From the NCBI GenBank assembly GCA_964106915.2, contig OZ066915.1: a stretch of DNA of 64,000 nt; one strand, given 5' to 3'. A model generated the notes under the pieces. That model ran no database searches. It was not told the origin of the DNA and saw only the letters and a program-made list of their open reading frames with translations. Every line of letters starts with the position of its first letter. Positions within the stretch are counted from its first letter, which is position 1. Origin of the DNA: Podarcis gaigeae. Lineage: Eukaryota. The translations under genes and the position numbers were made by a program. This document shows, piece after piece, positions 1-13,257 of this stretch.

Positions 1-152
1 CAGGAGAAATCACCTTAATTTCTGCATTTTCTTGGGTGGCTTAGCTCCAGGGCCTAGGGAGGGGGATAATTAGATATTAAACTACCCATGAATCTCCCAA
101 CTTCACCTATCCCTCCCCTATTTTTTTTTTTTAAGTACTGGGAAAACTACAT

Positions 153-1266
153 GAAGAAGAAAAAGAAGAAGAGTCTGGCTTTCATATCCCGCTTTATCAC
201 TACCCTAAAGAGTCTCAAAGCGGCTAACATTCTCCTTTCCCTTCCTCCCCCACAACAAACATGCCGTGATTGAAGTTTTGGGGGCCTTCGGATTTGGAGG
301 AATCTTGAAACATGTCCTGAAATACTCTATGGATCTTAGCTTCAACTATGGAAATTTGGCTGACCTGTCCAGAAGGAATAAAAGTATTGTTAGGTTGGAG
401 TTTCCCCGAGATTTGCTCTTTAGCATTAAAGAATATGAAGAAGACCTGCAGAAGGAACCTGGAAAAGAGTTAAGAGCCTCGGAAATAAGATCTCCAGGTT
501 GATGGACTATATGGAATTGACGGAAAGGACTGGCAGAATCCAAATCCAGGGAGAGGAGATGGTGGAAGAAGATTGGAAAATTTAAAGTTTATATATAGAA
601 ATATTGTAAAATTAATGAGTGATAGAAAAATGGTGGAATGATATTTTATGGCCTTAGCAGAAATGTTATAAGGAGCTAAGCATATATAAGTATTTTAGTT
701 TTAATGGAAAATAAGGTTAAAAAATATGTTATTTATAATGTGATAAAAATAGAGAAAGATGGAAAGGATTTGCTGAAACAATTAACAGAAGTGGAATACA
801 AAAAGTGAGGTGAGAGGAGGTCGAGGAAACAAGGGAATGAAAGAGTATGGAAAAGATGTGATATATGTTTTTAAATTGTTTTTGTTTTTAAATTGTTTTT
901 GTTTTTGTTTTCATTTAGGATTAGGGTTAGGGATTGGGTTTGGGTTTTGTTTAGTTTAGTTTAATGTGTTTAGTTTAATGGGTTTAGGTTGTGTTTTGTA
1001 TTGTCTATATATTGTATTGTCTATATATTGTATTGTATTTTTTCCTCTTTTATCTTCTTTTCTTTTCTTTTACTTTTTTGTAATTCTTAAAAGCAATAAA
1101 TATTATTTTAAAAAAACACTCTGTGAGGTGAGTGGGGCTGAGAGACTTCAAAGAAGTGTGACTAGCCCAAGGTCACCCAGCAGCTGCATGTGGAGGAGCA
1201 GGGACACGAACCCGGTTCACCAGATTACGAGTCCACCGCTCTTAACCACTACACCACACTGGCTCT
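153..1266 (-). mobile_element. Squam3 tRNA-derived SINE split in two (153-261 and 1114-1266) by an L1-like insertion
   Basis: The two halves join seamlessly into the same sequence as the intact copies at 15761-16010 and 20793-21035; (CTT)n tail on the minus strand. Confidence 0.85.
262..1113 (+). mobile_element. 5'-truncated or chimeric L1-type LINE 3' end
   Basis: From 499 it encodes LMDYMELTERTGRIQIQGEEMVEEDWK, resembling a squamate L1 ORF2 C-terminus. It has a T/GT-rich 3'UTR, AATAAA at 1095-1100 and a short A tail; AAACA is duplicated at 257-261 and 1114-1118. Confidence 0.65.
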
Positions 1267-1914
1267 ACACCACATGGAAAAGACAGAATGGAAACCTGGG
1301 GAAATAAGAGCCATCAGCTGCTTCTGCTATATTGAGTCTCCAAGGAGTCAGTCGTTTTATTTGTGGCAATTCTATAGAGCCCCCCCCTGTCCAAGTCATA
1401 CTCTGTAAATGACACCACAACGAAGCAGCGCAAGAACAAAGCAAACGAGAAATCAGGACTAAGTCTCTGGCGTAGTGTTCAGGACAAATAATCACCAAGA
1501 TTTAGGGATGGGGGGAACCCCAAAACCTTTTGATAGTCTATCAGGCTGATGACAGTCACCAAATTGTCTTTTGGTGGTAGCCCAGAAGGTCTGGAATCAT
1601 TTAACAAGTTTGTTGGAACAACAAATCCAGGACACTGGAGGAGTTGCCAAGAACTTACTTTCTGTCTGTCTGTCTGTCTTCCCACCCACCTCTCACTCTC
1701 TCTCTTCAGGCAAGACTTTTGTATCTTGTTTTAATATCAGATTAATGCTTTGCTCTGCACCTGCATTTTATTACTTGCCGGCAGCAGAAGCCAATTGATT
1801 GGAAGTAAGCAAGGTGACTCATTGCAGAGAAGGAACAAACAGCTTTTGTCTAAGGGGAGGTAGTTCTGCATTATGGGTGACTGAATGATTCAATGACACC
1901 TGACAGAAGTTTAA

Positions 1915-2016
1915 TACTGGACCTAATGGACCTAATTAAACAGAAGTTTAATACTGGACCTAATGGACCTAATGGTCTGGACCTAATGGTCAGGGGTCCC
2001 TTTACCTTTACCTTTA
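1915..2016 (+). mobile_element. Sauria (Squam1) SINE 3' end with local duplications
   Basis: ctggacctaatggtcaggggtccctttacctttaccttt matches the tail of the full-length copies in this window. Confidence 0.8.
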
Positions 2017-2286
2017 GATCAGCAAGCTATAGAAGAAACCCACTCATTTAGATACCTGGGTGTTTTAGTGAAACTCTCTCTTGGAAATGCCACACGAAGG
2101 CAGTGAAAGTCAAAGCACAGGAAACCATTGGGGTATTGATAAAGTCCCATTACAATAAGGGAGGGCAGCTGATTGAACCTGCCCTAAAGCCATTTGGTAG
2201 CAAAGTGCTTACTCAAATGCTCTATATCTTTTTGAAATCTGCAGCCCTGATTTGAACTCCATTAAAGTTTTGGAAACTGTGCAGAT

Positions 2287-2315
<29 letters not shown>
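2287..2315. repeat. (CA)n microsatellite
   Basis: Direct reading. Confidence 0.95.
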
Positions 2316-2317
<2 letters not shown>

Positions 2318-2422
2318 AGCTATACTCTCTACCATCAGGAATAGCAGCAGCAGGTGGCCAGCAATTAAGGCAAGAGTGGGCTGCACTCATTTAAAGTAAA
2401 TATATATTTATTTAATTGATAC

Positions 2423-3182
2423 TGTCAGAGCCACCCGAGGTCCCAGCTCACAAGAGACCAAAGTCCAGTCCAAGTTATATACAAAAGGCTTTATTGAAGA
2501 ACATTGTTGTCGTTACATCCAAGCTCCGTGGCTCTGCATCTGTTACCCTTAGATGTTTGAAGTCCCCTCTGAGTCAGTCCCGCCCCTGCACCAGCTTAAG
2601 AGGCTTGTACTGCTCCACCTTTTCCTCTCCTTCCTTTTCCGCAGGGTCTTCCTGCCCCCCTGTGCTCCCTCCCTCCGGGACTCCCCCGAGGCTGAGTCTT
2701 CTGACGCCTGCTCCCCCCTCCTTCGTGCTTTGGGACCAGGCTCCTCCTCAGGGCTCTCCTCATTTCCGCGCGCCTCCACATTTGAACTTGGCGCGCGTAC
2801 GTTGCCTCTGACCTTCCTTTCGACCGTTACGCTACTCTCGGTACTACACTCCTCCCCTTCCGGCAGGACGTTCTGCTCCGAACTCCTTCCCCTCTCTGCT
2901 TCCTGTTCTGCTCTTTCTGACACACTGGCAACTCCACCCCCTTCACTCCGTTCCGACGGAGAGGCCGGTCCCGATCTCCAACCCCCACTGGGGATTCCCT
3001 CTTCGTTCCCCTGCTTCTGACTGCTTCCCTCTCTACTGCCCCTTGGCCTGACCAGGGGGGCTCCCTTTTGGGAATCCTCGGATTCACTTGACGGACTCAC
3101 TGACAACCTCGGGTCATCGTCGTCCTCTTCCTCGTCGCCCTGGGACCCCTCCCCCTCGCTCTCTGTCCCTGAAACCCTGACA
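2423..3182 (-). mobile_element. Solo LTR (760 bp), young
   Basis: TGTCAG...CTGACA termini, perfect 5-bp TSD GATAC (2418-2422 and 3183-3187), minus-strand AATAAA at 2490-2495, CpG-rich. Confidence 0.85.
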
Positions 3183-6100
3183 GATACTATGCCTATTAAG
3201 CTTTTTCCTGTGCTGTGCTACATGGAATTGGGTGATAACCAACTCTGGAAAACAGCTTGTTGATGTTTTTGACTGTTATTGTTTTCCAGAACTGAGCTCT
3301 GCTTTGACCTTGAATAAGAGTCACCTAAGGGATTGCTTCTTCTGGGTAGAATCCAGAAGGGACCTACAACTAATCAGAAACACCATATTTCCCCCTTGGA
3401 ATCCATTCTTGACAGCAGAGCATTTTACAGCTAGCTATCTGGCCAAACTCTCAACAGTTTCCTTAAGAAACGCCTGTATTGAGCTGTGCTGCTCTCGGAT
3501 GCCCACTGCAGTCTTGGATAGCTGCTACAGCAAGGTCCCATACACAGATGGACTTTGTATCTGTGGTCAACCTCAGGTGGTGGAAGACATCACACATTCA
3601 TTATCTGTTAGCCTGCCCCTTATGTAGAGATCCAAGAGTTACTTTCTGAAACCCTTGTTCACACAGGCAGGCAAGCACACACACCCCTGCAGAAATGGCT
3701 TGGCGTCTTTTCAGTGACAATAATAGCTTCATAACACACAGAGTGTGCTGAACTCAGAAGGTATCACCACATCCAGAAGATAAATTAAGGTGAACCAATG
3801 ATATTCCAAGGGGCCAGGTACTATGTAATTTTCTGAGCAAAGACATTCCTGGTGTCCACCTGGGCATCCAGCTGTAAGGCTGATTCCAGCAGCATCTTCC
3901 AAAGCACAGGCCTTATTCTGCCGGGAGAGTAGCAGTGAAAAGAACCAGGGGCGAGCAATGCAGTTACCAGCTCCTCACTGGGAACCTGCAGTTACACAAA
4001 GCCATGCTTTGGCTTCATGTGATGTGCAAATGAGGCCTCTTGGGTTTTTCCTCCAACCAGAAGTACCATGAGAACAAGGGATGATGTCAGTGGCCCATCT
4101 AGAACAGCATCCTGTTCTCTCAGTGGCCAACCACATACCCATGGGAAGCCTGGAACATGGATCTGAGCTCAACGACACTCTCTGTTCCTGTGGTTTTCCA
4201 GCAACTGGCATTCAGAAGCATTGCTGCCTTCAACCATGGAGGCACAGTATAGCCACTGTGGCTACTAGCCATTGATGCAGCACTGTTGCGTTATCTAATC
4301 CTTGTCATTTCACATTGCACTAAACGAAACAGATCCCCCCCCCCATGTGGGTTTCAGTGTGTTCAAATAGCTTTCTCCGGATTCAAACACGTTCTTAGAA
4401 GTGGTATTTGCAGGGCACTGGAAGTCAGATGGTTAGATGCAGAAAATAGCATATGATAAACTTAATGTGCACCTCCTGTTCGGTTCCTCTGCTTGACCTC
4501 AAGACATTGTAAACACACATTGCCAATGGCAATTTTCCTGCTCCTAGTTCCCCAAATATGTTTTTGGAGATACCTGCAGTTTGCACCGCTTTATTATGTT
4601 ACAATTCAGGCCATTTGGCTTGGCTGCATTTTATCATTAAGTCTGGGTTTCATTATAAACACAAAAGATCTTTATTATTCTTATCATTAAAATTCAAATG
4701 CAAATAGTGACATCTGCAGAGGATATGTACCAGCTACGGCTTTTAAAATTGTTGCTATTTCTATGCAAGCTCATCTGAAATGAACAAATACAGATATAAT
4801 GGATATGGGAGCAAGGACGGAAGCTTTCCTAACAAAGGCACAGTCTTCAAAATCGAAGCAAAAAAATGTCAGTCTTGCTCTTTTTAGCCATTACGACAAC
4901 AAAGAGTCCCAATACATCAGATTAAGGAAGAATGCATTTATAGCAATTTGCTGTTTTATAGACATGGTGCTTTTCAAACAAGCCAGATTCATTACTGATG
5001 TCCCTTTTCTGTTTTAGTGAGGAACATAATAGTCAACGTACTGCTATTAAAATGCCAACTATAGCTTTCAAAAGCTGCCATTTCGAAGCGCGAAAGGCAC
5101 TTCAATCTTTGGCTGCGAGGAGACGGGGATTCTTGCAAATTCACTAATGTTTCTCTCGCATGCCTAAAATTATAATTCAGTTGTTTTGCCAATTACAGAA
5201 TTGCTTGGAAAGAAACAATTCACAATTAGGGTGCAATCCTATTCATCACCACCCCATGCTTATTGACTGGGGAAAGTAAGAATAAGGTGTCGGCCACTCT
5301 CTACCACCAGGTCTGGAACCCCCAAACTCCATCAAAACTGTACAGCTCAGGATGGGGTACCAGAGGGGTTTATATTCACAGGATCCAAAGACCCATGGAT
5401 CTCTCAAGAGGCCTGATCTTCTGAGACTTCAACTCCGCCAGCCTGGAGTTGGTACAGCAAAAAGTGTACAAAACCAACCCTCCTTCCACCTTGGGTGGCA
5501 CAACTAGTAGAGTTTCGGATGCAGTAGTATATCTGTGACGTGCCTGCTGCAAGCTGCAAGGAGTTTGGATGGCTTTGCCCCTGTAGTAATCCCACCTCCT
5601 TTAAAAACTGCCTTTTCTACCAAAGGGGATTATGATGGTGACATCACATGATTCACCTTCTTTGTTTCTGGCAAGCCCGGGGCAAATGAGTTACTGAGTC
5701 CTTCCTACCTAGAACTTAACTCCATTGTGCATAAGATTTGGTTACCTGAGGCCTCACAGGAGCTCACAGCATGTGAGGCCATCAGTCCCTCAACAATGCT
5801 AGAGAGCTAAGCAATTTGCTTTTCTTACAGTAGTTTCTAACCCATATCTTCTGTCATTGCTACCTTAATAATTACACAGTCGATTCCTGCAGCCCAAAGC
5901 TTTGGCAACACAAAGCAATATGAACAAAAGAGCCCCTGCTCCTATATATTTGGCCTAGCTGTCCCTTGGCTGTTTAATCCACCATCACCCCACCTGCAAA
6001 TTCTCTCCCTATTTACCAAGCACGTGTCCTCTTCAAACATTACCAAAATGGGAAAATTACAACACTGGAAGGATGGGCAGCTGTTTTTGTCACCATCCAC

Positions 6101-7646
6101 AAACTGGAAGGCAAGCTGGGGGTATCTGGTGCATTCTGAAGTCCTGATTTTAATCTGACACTTTGCATTATCTTCACATGCTTGGAACAGTCAATTGCAA
6201 GGTATGTGTTTTTCCTAAAAAGCAAGAGACCCTGCTGTATATCCAGCCTTTCTGCAACTGGACTCACAACCAACTGGCAAATTTCCCCTTCCCCACATAT
6301 AGCACAATGACTTCTTTGTTCAGTTAAAACCCAGCTCACAAGCTGCACCATGCAGGCAACTAACCCACTGCAGTTTCTCTCCTGGACTTAATGTTATGCT
6401 CAAAGAAACTTCCACATACTCCATTATCTCATTATGAGCTTTGCATTCACGCTAATATGATTTTTAATAGCTTTTGTCATCCTCTTTGCATGCAGCTGCT
6501 CATGCAGGGATAGATTCAATGTCACAGAAACCTAGGGTGGCAGTGCAATGACACTAAAAAGAAACCCAGAGTTTATATTTCTTTCTGGGAAAATGCAAAG
6601 GGAAGAACAAGTGATCTCATTGTTCTCTGAAGGACTTGCATGTCCATTGCCTCTATTTCTGTTATTGTGCTAAAGGAGTGGGGTGGCTGTGTTCAAAGAC
6701 AGAATGGCCAAAGATGCAATTCAAAGCATAGACCTGTACGTTCAAAAAAAGCCTGAAAGACAAAGGTGTTTTTTCGACATGTATAGTCCATTTTATCCTA
6801 TAGCAGAACTTTATCCTATGCTCCAGGAAGCAGGCAATTCAAACACAAGACGATACACTACAAGAAGTTACAGAACAAAACCAATCACAGCATAAAACCA
6901 TCTTCTCTCTTCTTCTGTGAAGGCTTTTTAACTCTTGAGCCAGGGCTGGCCCATGCTTGAGGCAAAGTGAGGCGACTGCCTCAGACTGCAGGGTCCACCA
7001 GGGCAGCAGATCCCAGTGTAGATTTTTCTTCACCCTTTGTTCCTGATGTAGATTTCCCCTCAGCCCTTCTTCATTGGTAAGGAGGGGGCACCATTTTGTA
7101 TTGGGCCAGGTCAACCTTGAGCTAATACCCAAATGTAACCAACTGAATCAATTGGATATTCTTCTACCATTTACCCTTGCCTCCATTTCACACCCTTTCC
7201 TCTGTTTCTATTTCTAGATTGTAAGTGCCTTGGGACAGGGACATGTACTCTCATTCTTTACAAAGTGCCACAGATGATGCTATATGGGTTATAATTACAA
7301 TGATTATATCTTTCATCATAATTATATAAATCTGCCAACTGACGACACACTTCACGCATCTGCTAGCTACCGCCACCACAATTATGTGGCAAAACTTCAC
7401 TTGCTAAGAAATTGGTTCAATGGGCACATTTATCTTTTATAAATACATGCAACTATATCCACCGGATAAGGGGGGGGGGGGGACACCTTTGTTAATTTCA
7501 TATTGAAGACTAAATACAAATCCATATAAAATTGCACAGATAATTTGGTTCAAGAAATACAAAAATAAAAACTGGAAATTGCTACAATAATATAATGCTT
7601 TACAATTAAGCGCAAGCGCGCGCATGCCCACCCACCCACACACCCC

Positions 7647-7890
7647 AGTGCAAGTAGATAAATAGGTACTGCTGTGGCAGGAAGGTAAAAGATGTTTCCA
7701 TGTGCTCTGGTTTCTGTCATGCTGTTCTGTTGCACCAGAAGTGGTTTAGTCATGCTGGCCACATGACCTGGAAAGCTGTCTGTGGACCAACACTGGCTCC
7801 TTCAACCTGAAAGCAAGATGAGCGCCACAACCCCACAGTTGCCTTTGACTGGACTTAACCGTCCAGGGGTCCTTTACCTTTTTTTTTACC
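7647..7890 (+). mobile_element. 5'-truncated Sauria SINE
   Basis: agtgcaagtagataaataggtac...ggggtcctttacc is homologous to the full-length copies. Confidence 0.85.
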
Positions 7891-8629
7891 TATACAGTCG
7901 TACCTCAGAAGGTGAATGTGAGGTGTCTAATACACAGTTTAGGAAGTTTGCCTAACTTAATTAGGATTTCACACATGCTAATTAAAGTATTAGAAGCATC
8001 TAGTACATAGCTCAAATACATACACAGATCTACCCTAAATACACATGAGTCTATTTCCCAGTTTTAATACCCCAAGCCTTAATTCAATTGTAACACTATT
8101 GGTTCCAGGCATTTAGGGTGTCTTGCACCCACCAACATATAACAATATGAGCACTTTTCCACAGCTCACAGGTTGTGCCAGAAGTGAAAGGAAAAAGAAA
8201 TGCATAGACAAATACACGAAAGACAAAGCTACACTGTTGTTGTTTTATTCCAGCAAATAAAAATGCGATGTCTCTGGCAATAGAGCTCTGGGACTTGTGA
8301 AAATCAATCAAAGTTCCCCTTGAAGAGACAACTTCATTATTTCCTTGTCTACTGCTGCCTGGGCAGAATTAGATTGCTTTCAGCCAAATACCTTAATGTG
8401 CTTGCCTTCAACAGCACAATGTAGGAGAGAGCAGAAGAATTTTAGAAGGCATCACTATAGAGGTGTTATATTACACAACCAACGACCCCCCTAGCAGGGT
8501 CACATTCACTAAACTGACTTTCCTGGGTTCCCTGAACACTTACACCATGGCCTGCTAAGGAACTTTTATTGCCTCCCACAACGAAACACCTACGTCAGCC
8601 CAGCAAGCCAAGTCCTACTCTATCTACAC

Positions 8630-8765
8630 CAGGCATAGGCAAATGCTGCCCTCCAGATGTTTTGGGACTACAACTCCCATCATCCCTGACCACTGGTCTT
8701 GTTAGCTAGGCATGATGGGAGTTGTAGTCCCAAAATATATGGAGGGCCGAGTTTGCCTATGCCTG
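8630..8765. mobile_element. Palindromic hAT-type MITE
   Basis: TIR CAGGCATAGGCAAA / TTTGCCTATGCCTG; perfect 8-bp TSD ATCTACAC. Confidence 0.85.
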
Positions 8766-10555
8766 ATCTACACAAATATAAAGATTCTTACTGTTTAAAG
8801 ACCTCTGCTAATTCATGAAGGTTGGAAAAAGTAAACGGTTCCCTTACACAGTTAAGACTAAAAAGAGGGTATAACTGCTGATATGATTTTGGTCTTAGAC
8901 AGTATCATGAGTCCCATGGAGATGCCATGGAGGGAATGGTCCAATTCAGGAGAAGAATGGTAAGAACCTGAGAAGATGCAGCTTGATGACCCAGCCAGTG
9001 GCAGCAAGTTGAGAGAGGTGAATTCAGGCTCAGAACCCAAGGACTGGTGATCTAGAGAGTGGCTTGACAAAGAAGTGTTCCACACTGTAATATTGGAAAC
9101 CTCTGGCCAGGCAGCTCCTATTGTGGAGCTGCCTTCCTATTAGCAAAGAGACTCATTCTTCTGGGGAGGTGATTTGAGAGTAAGTAGGATACTGAGCCAG
9201 TGTGAACTCCATCTCCATGTACACAACAGCTGTCACGGACAAACATTCCAGGTTAAATCCACTCCAAAGAGTGCTCATTTAGTTGTTTATTCCCATGACT
9301 CCAGCTGCTTGCCACACTAAGAGCTGTGCCTGCCCTGCTTCTCAAAAATAAGATGGAGGGTTCATGTCACTTGCTGGATCTATGTCTCAGCCCGCACTAA
9401 ACCATGCAACTCACCCTTTCTTGCAGCTGCCATACCTTGTAACCAGTGCCTTGCACAGGTACCGATCTGATTTGTGTGTTAAAGGCTTTGGCAGGAACAG
9501 AGCTGGGAGTTCAAATTCTCCGTCTGGCAGTGAGGGCCAGGACAAGCAGAGCTTGCTGGCTGAACCTACTATGCACTGCTAATGAAATACTATGCACAGG
9601 CAGCCCTAGAAAGCAGTAAATCTCAGACATGTAAAACCGAATCATGTACCAAATCCTGCATAACATTTGCTTCCAACTCAACCCAACCCAGTGAAGATAT
9701 ATTAGTATGCAGTTATTTAGTGCCAGCAGACTGCTACAGGAACCTCCCTTCTCTCAATTCAAAATGCATCAGCTCCACTAAGGCCAGCACAATACACCAT
9801 AGGTCTGTATAACATTCCTTGTTTCTAACAAACTGGTTTGTTTGGGATGTCAATTCTGCAATAAAGTGCACATGTTAAATGTACAGATTTCACAAAGCAT
9901 CCCCCTTGGTCTACAGGATACTAAAATAACTCCTGACCACAGAGGGAACTGAGATGTGGATACCATTACTGCCCATTCTCTCCAGATGCAGTAGCAGCCA
10001 TGGGGGAAGGCAAATTAAGTACTATGATGAGCGTGGAAGGGTGAAAGCCTCCATACCACTCAATAAGGCTGCAAGTGCTAATTATTAGTATTATTAACCT
10101 TTGTACAGATGTGAACAGAATCTCAACTACTTTGGCCCTTAAGACAAACATGCAAAACACTTCAGATAATCACGAAGGTCTGTTGGTTGAAGGGGAAGCT
10201 GAATAAAGCTATGCCATATCATGATTTTTCCACCGAGGCATTCATTCAGTCATGGTGGGTGGGGGAATCTGTCAAAAACTGCAAATAAGCAGCTTTCCCC
10301 CCGTTTGTTGCAAACTAAAGGCTACAGGGTAAGTGAAGCTGCTGGCATCCTAAACTGCTGTTTATCTAACATTAAAACTCTTGCCCGTGATTTTTCAGCA
10401 TCTGTCTCAACTAACATTCCTTCTCTCTTGCCAGCTAAACAAATAACAGCTGTGAAAATCAAGCATGCCTGGAGCATCTCTGCATTCAATCTTCCGCTCT
10501 GCCTTTTGGTAGTATTATACTCAATGAGACAATGTCTTGATATTTCAACCAAATA

Positions 10556-10781
10556 CAGTGGTACCTTGGGTTACATATGCTTCAGGTTACAGACTCCGCT
10601 AACCCAGAAATAGTACCTCAGGTTAAGAACTTTGCTTCAGGATGAGAACAGAAATCGTGCTCTGGTGGCGCGGCAGCAGCAGGAGGCCCCATTAGCTAAA
10701 GTGGTGCTTCAGGTTAGGAACAGTTTCAGGTTAAGAACGGACCTCCGGAACAAATTAAGCACTTAACCCAAAGTACCACTG
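10556..10781. mobile_element. Tc1/mariner (pogo/Tigger-like) MITE, reverse orientation relative to most copies
   Basis: TA|CAGTGGTACC...GTACCACTG|TA; body shared with other copies in the window. Confidence 0.85.
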
Positions 10782-11305
10782 TATATGTATAATAATATAG
10801 TCATACCCACCCATGGGCACCCTAATACTAAATATTTTGCACCACTATGATCAGCTTGGCATACATATAGATTCATGATTTGGGAAGGTGCACTAGAACA
10901 AATAGGCGGGTACCTCAGCAACGAACAAGCATACTGCAGGACTGTGATGCTACAACATTCCACAGCAAGGATGCTATTCTGCCACTTCATTACTTGACAT
11001 CATTTTGTCTGTGTGATCATTTGAGACAGCAACAGCCAGTACATTAATAATTGACTCTGTCCTTTTAAGTGGCATGTGGATCATATGTTTGCAAGATGTA
11101 GCAACACCGAATTGTACAACATGTTGGGAGGTTGTCTGTACCGCGTACCGCGTATATTACAACAGTGAAATGGGAATCAGTGCAAGCAAGCTGTTCCTAT
11201 ATTGTTCCAGTTACATTTGGGGGAAGAAGTGAGCAAAGGAATGAAGGCAGAGATACTTTGCTGGATACATCTCCTTTGTCAAGATCCTGGGTTCACACCA
11301 TCTAT

Positions 11306-11666
11306 NNNNNNNNNNNNNNNNNNNNNNNNNNNNNNNNNNNNNNNNNNNNNNNNNNNNNNNNNNNNNNNNNNNNNNNNNNNNNNNNNNNNNNNNNNNNNNN
11401 NNNNNNNNNNNNNNNNNNNNNNNNNNNNNNNNNNNNNNNNNNNNNNNNNNNNNNNNNNNNNNNNNNNNNNNNNNNNNNNNNNNNNNNNNNNNNNNNNNNN
11501 NNNNNNNNNNNNNNNNNNNNNNNNNNNNNNNNNNNNNNNNNNNNNNNNNNNNNNNNNNNNNNNNNNNNNNNNNNNNNNNNNNNNNNNNNNNNNNNNNNNN
11601 NNNNNNNNNNNNNNNNNNNNNNNNNNNNNNNNNNNNNNNNNNNNNNNNNNNNNNNNNNNNNNNNNN
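11306..11666. other. Assembly gap (361 N)
   Basis: Run of N. Confidence 1.
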
Positions 11667-11955
11667 CCATCTGACTGGGTTGCCCCAGCCACTCTGTGCG
11701 GCTTTCAACAAATTAAAACATTAAGCACTGTAAAACATCAAACATTAAAAACTACCGTAAATGGAGCTGCCTTCAGATGTCTTCTAAAAGTTAGACAGTT
11801 GTTTATTTCCTTGACATCTGACAAGAGAGCATTCCATGGGGTGGGCATGGCTACTGAGAAGGCCCTCTGCCTGGTTCCCTGTAACCTCACTTCCCGCAAT
11901 GAGGGAACTGCCAGAAGGCCCTCGGAACTGGATCTCAGTGTCTGGGATGAACGAT
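11667..11955 (-). mobile_element. L2 LINE 3' fragment
   Basis: Homologous to the L2 copy at 37115-37940. Confidence 0.8.
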
Positions 11956-13006
11956 CAGGTATGCATACTAGAAAAAGGAGTTATATTCAAGGTCAGTCCA
12001 AGATGTCTCTACAAACTCCAGAACACTTGCCCAACAAGAACCTATTCTTCCTAAAGTGGTTGTGTGGTCCCCTCCTTGAATCTGAGGAGACCTGAACAAA
12101 AACTCCAAGGCTCACTGTCTCCTTAATCTGTCAGTGTCAACGACTGCTGAAGCAGGCTGGGTCCCTTTAAATGGAGACTCCTCACACAAATGCATAAGCT
12201 AGCTTACACAAATAGATCCAGAGCTCCTGATGTTCACTGCTGCTGAAACAACACCTGAGCTCTGCCCTTATGTAGTCTCAGGCCTCATCCTTGGACAGAC
12301 CTATCCAGGGGGCCTCACCTCAACTACACCTTGTCCTATTTCACCACAGCTTGTTCTGTTTGCCCAAACCTGAGACAGGCACTCAGAACAAGACACTTGT
12401 GCCAGTTCTGTTGGCCCCTGATGCTCACAAGCTGTTGGCAGTGGTAATATATAGATCAGTCCTTTGCTTTGAGGTAATGGGATGTCGTATTGCAAATCAT
12501 TAGTGCAGCAATAAGACAGCCCATAACCGTAACACTCAGGGGCAATCAGTGTGAAAAACAGAGATGACTGCTATCAGCCACCAAAGTCTCATCCATTTTA
12601 CTTATGCCCTCAATGGATATCAGTGGTTCCATATTTTTGAAGGATAGCTACTATTTCTTTCTCTCCTTTTATTACTTGAAACACTCTTGGCTCTAAAACC
12701 GTACCCAGGGAGGGAGGAAAACGGGGGTATAGTTAGGACTAAGGATGGGGGAAATAATCTGTACTGGAATCTCATTTCCACTAAATATATGGCAACAAAA
12801 TGGCAATGGGGAGAACAGAATCACCTGCTAGAATATAAAATAAAACATCGAAGTAATCCTGGTATTTGTTGTTAGCAGAATAATAGTAATAAAGAGATTC
12901 CTATCACTTATTTTTGAGGATATATTTGTCACTCCTCAGATATCACACCATCTACTGCGGTTCTCCACCTAACATTTATTTCTGCCAGGATGAATTATGC
13001 CCAAAC

Positions 13007-13257
13007 CTGGAACAAAGTTAGCAGAAGCACTCTTGCTATCAAGCGTGATCACTTCGAGTTGATGGAGTCTGTAATCGGGTGGGTGGGCTGCTGGCTCGGG
13101 GAAAGGCGTGAGCATCTGCTCAGAGGCTTTTGATCTTCGGAAGTTGCCGTAAAACAGGCAACAGTGTTGTTCACTGCTATTGTGCATCACTGATGGAGGT
13201 ATTAAAATATGAAATGCCACCTACCCGATTCTTCAAAGTATATTTGGCACAGAAAAT
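13007..13257 (-). other. Candidate exon F (251 nt)
   Basis: Acceptor ctcttgtctcctgccAG|ATTTTC; donor TTCCAG|GTTTGG. All three frames from the acceptor stop, but an ATG at 13187 opens 60 codons to the donor. Confidence 0.5.

Larger units (their letters stand above)
2020..3750 (+). mobile_element. Degenerate non-LTR retrotransposon ORF remnant (RTE-X/Rex-like), interrupted by a solo LTR
   Basis: FRYLGV RT-thumb-like motif near 2046 and a C-terminal zinc-knuckle-like CICGQPQVVEDITH near 3556-3600; multiple frameshifts. Confidence 0.5.

Noticed and set aside
1903-1990. CRISPR-like repeat array
   Set aside because: Vertebrate DNA; no unique spacers; the repeats derive from a SINE tail.
2549-3106. 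185-aa (-) and 155-aa (+) overlapping ORFs
   Set aside because: Entirely inside a GC-rich solo LTR; low-complexity composition; no recognisable domain.
8630-8765. pre-miRNA-like hairpin
   Set aside because: Palindromic hAT MITE with an 8-bp TSD and three copies in the window.
11132-12095. Long ORFs of 122-297 aa
   Set aside because: Artefacts of translating through the N gap.
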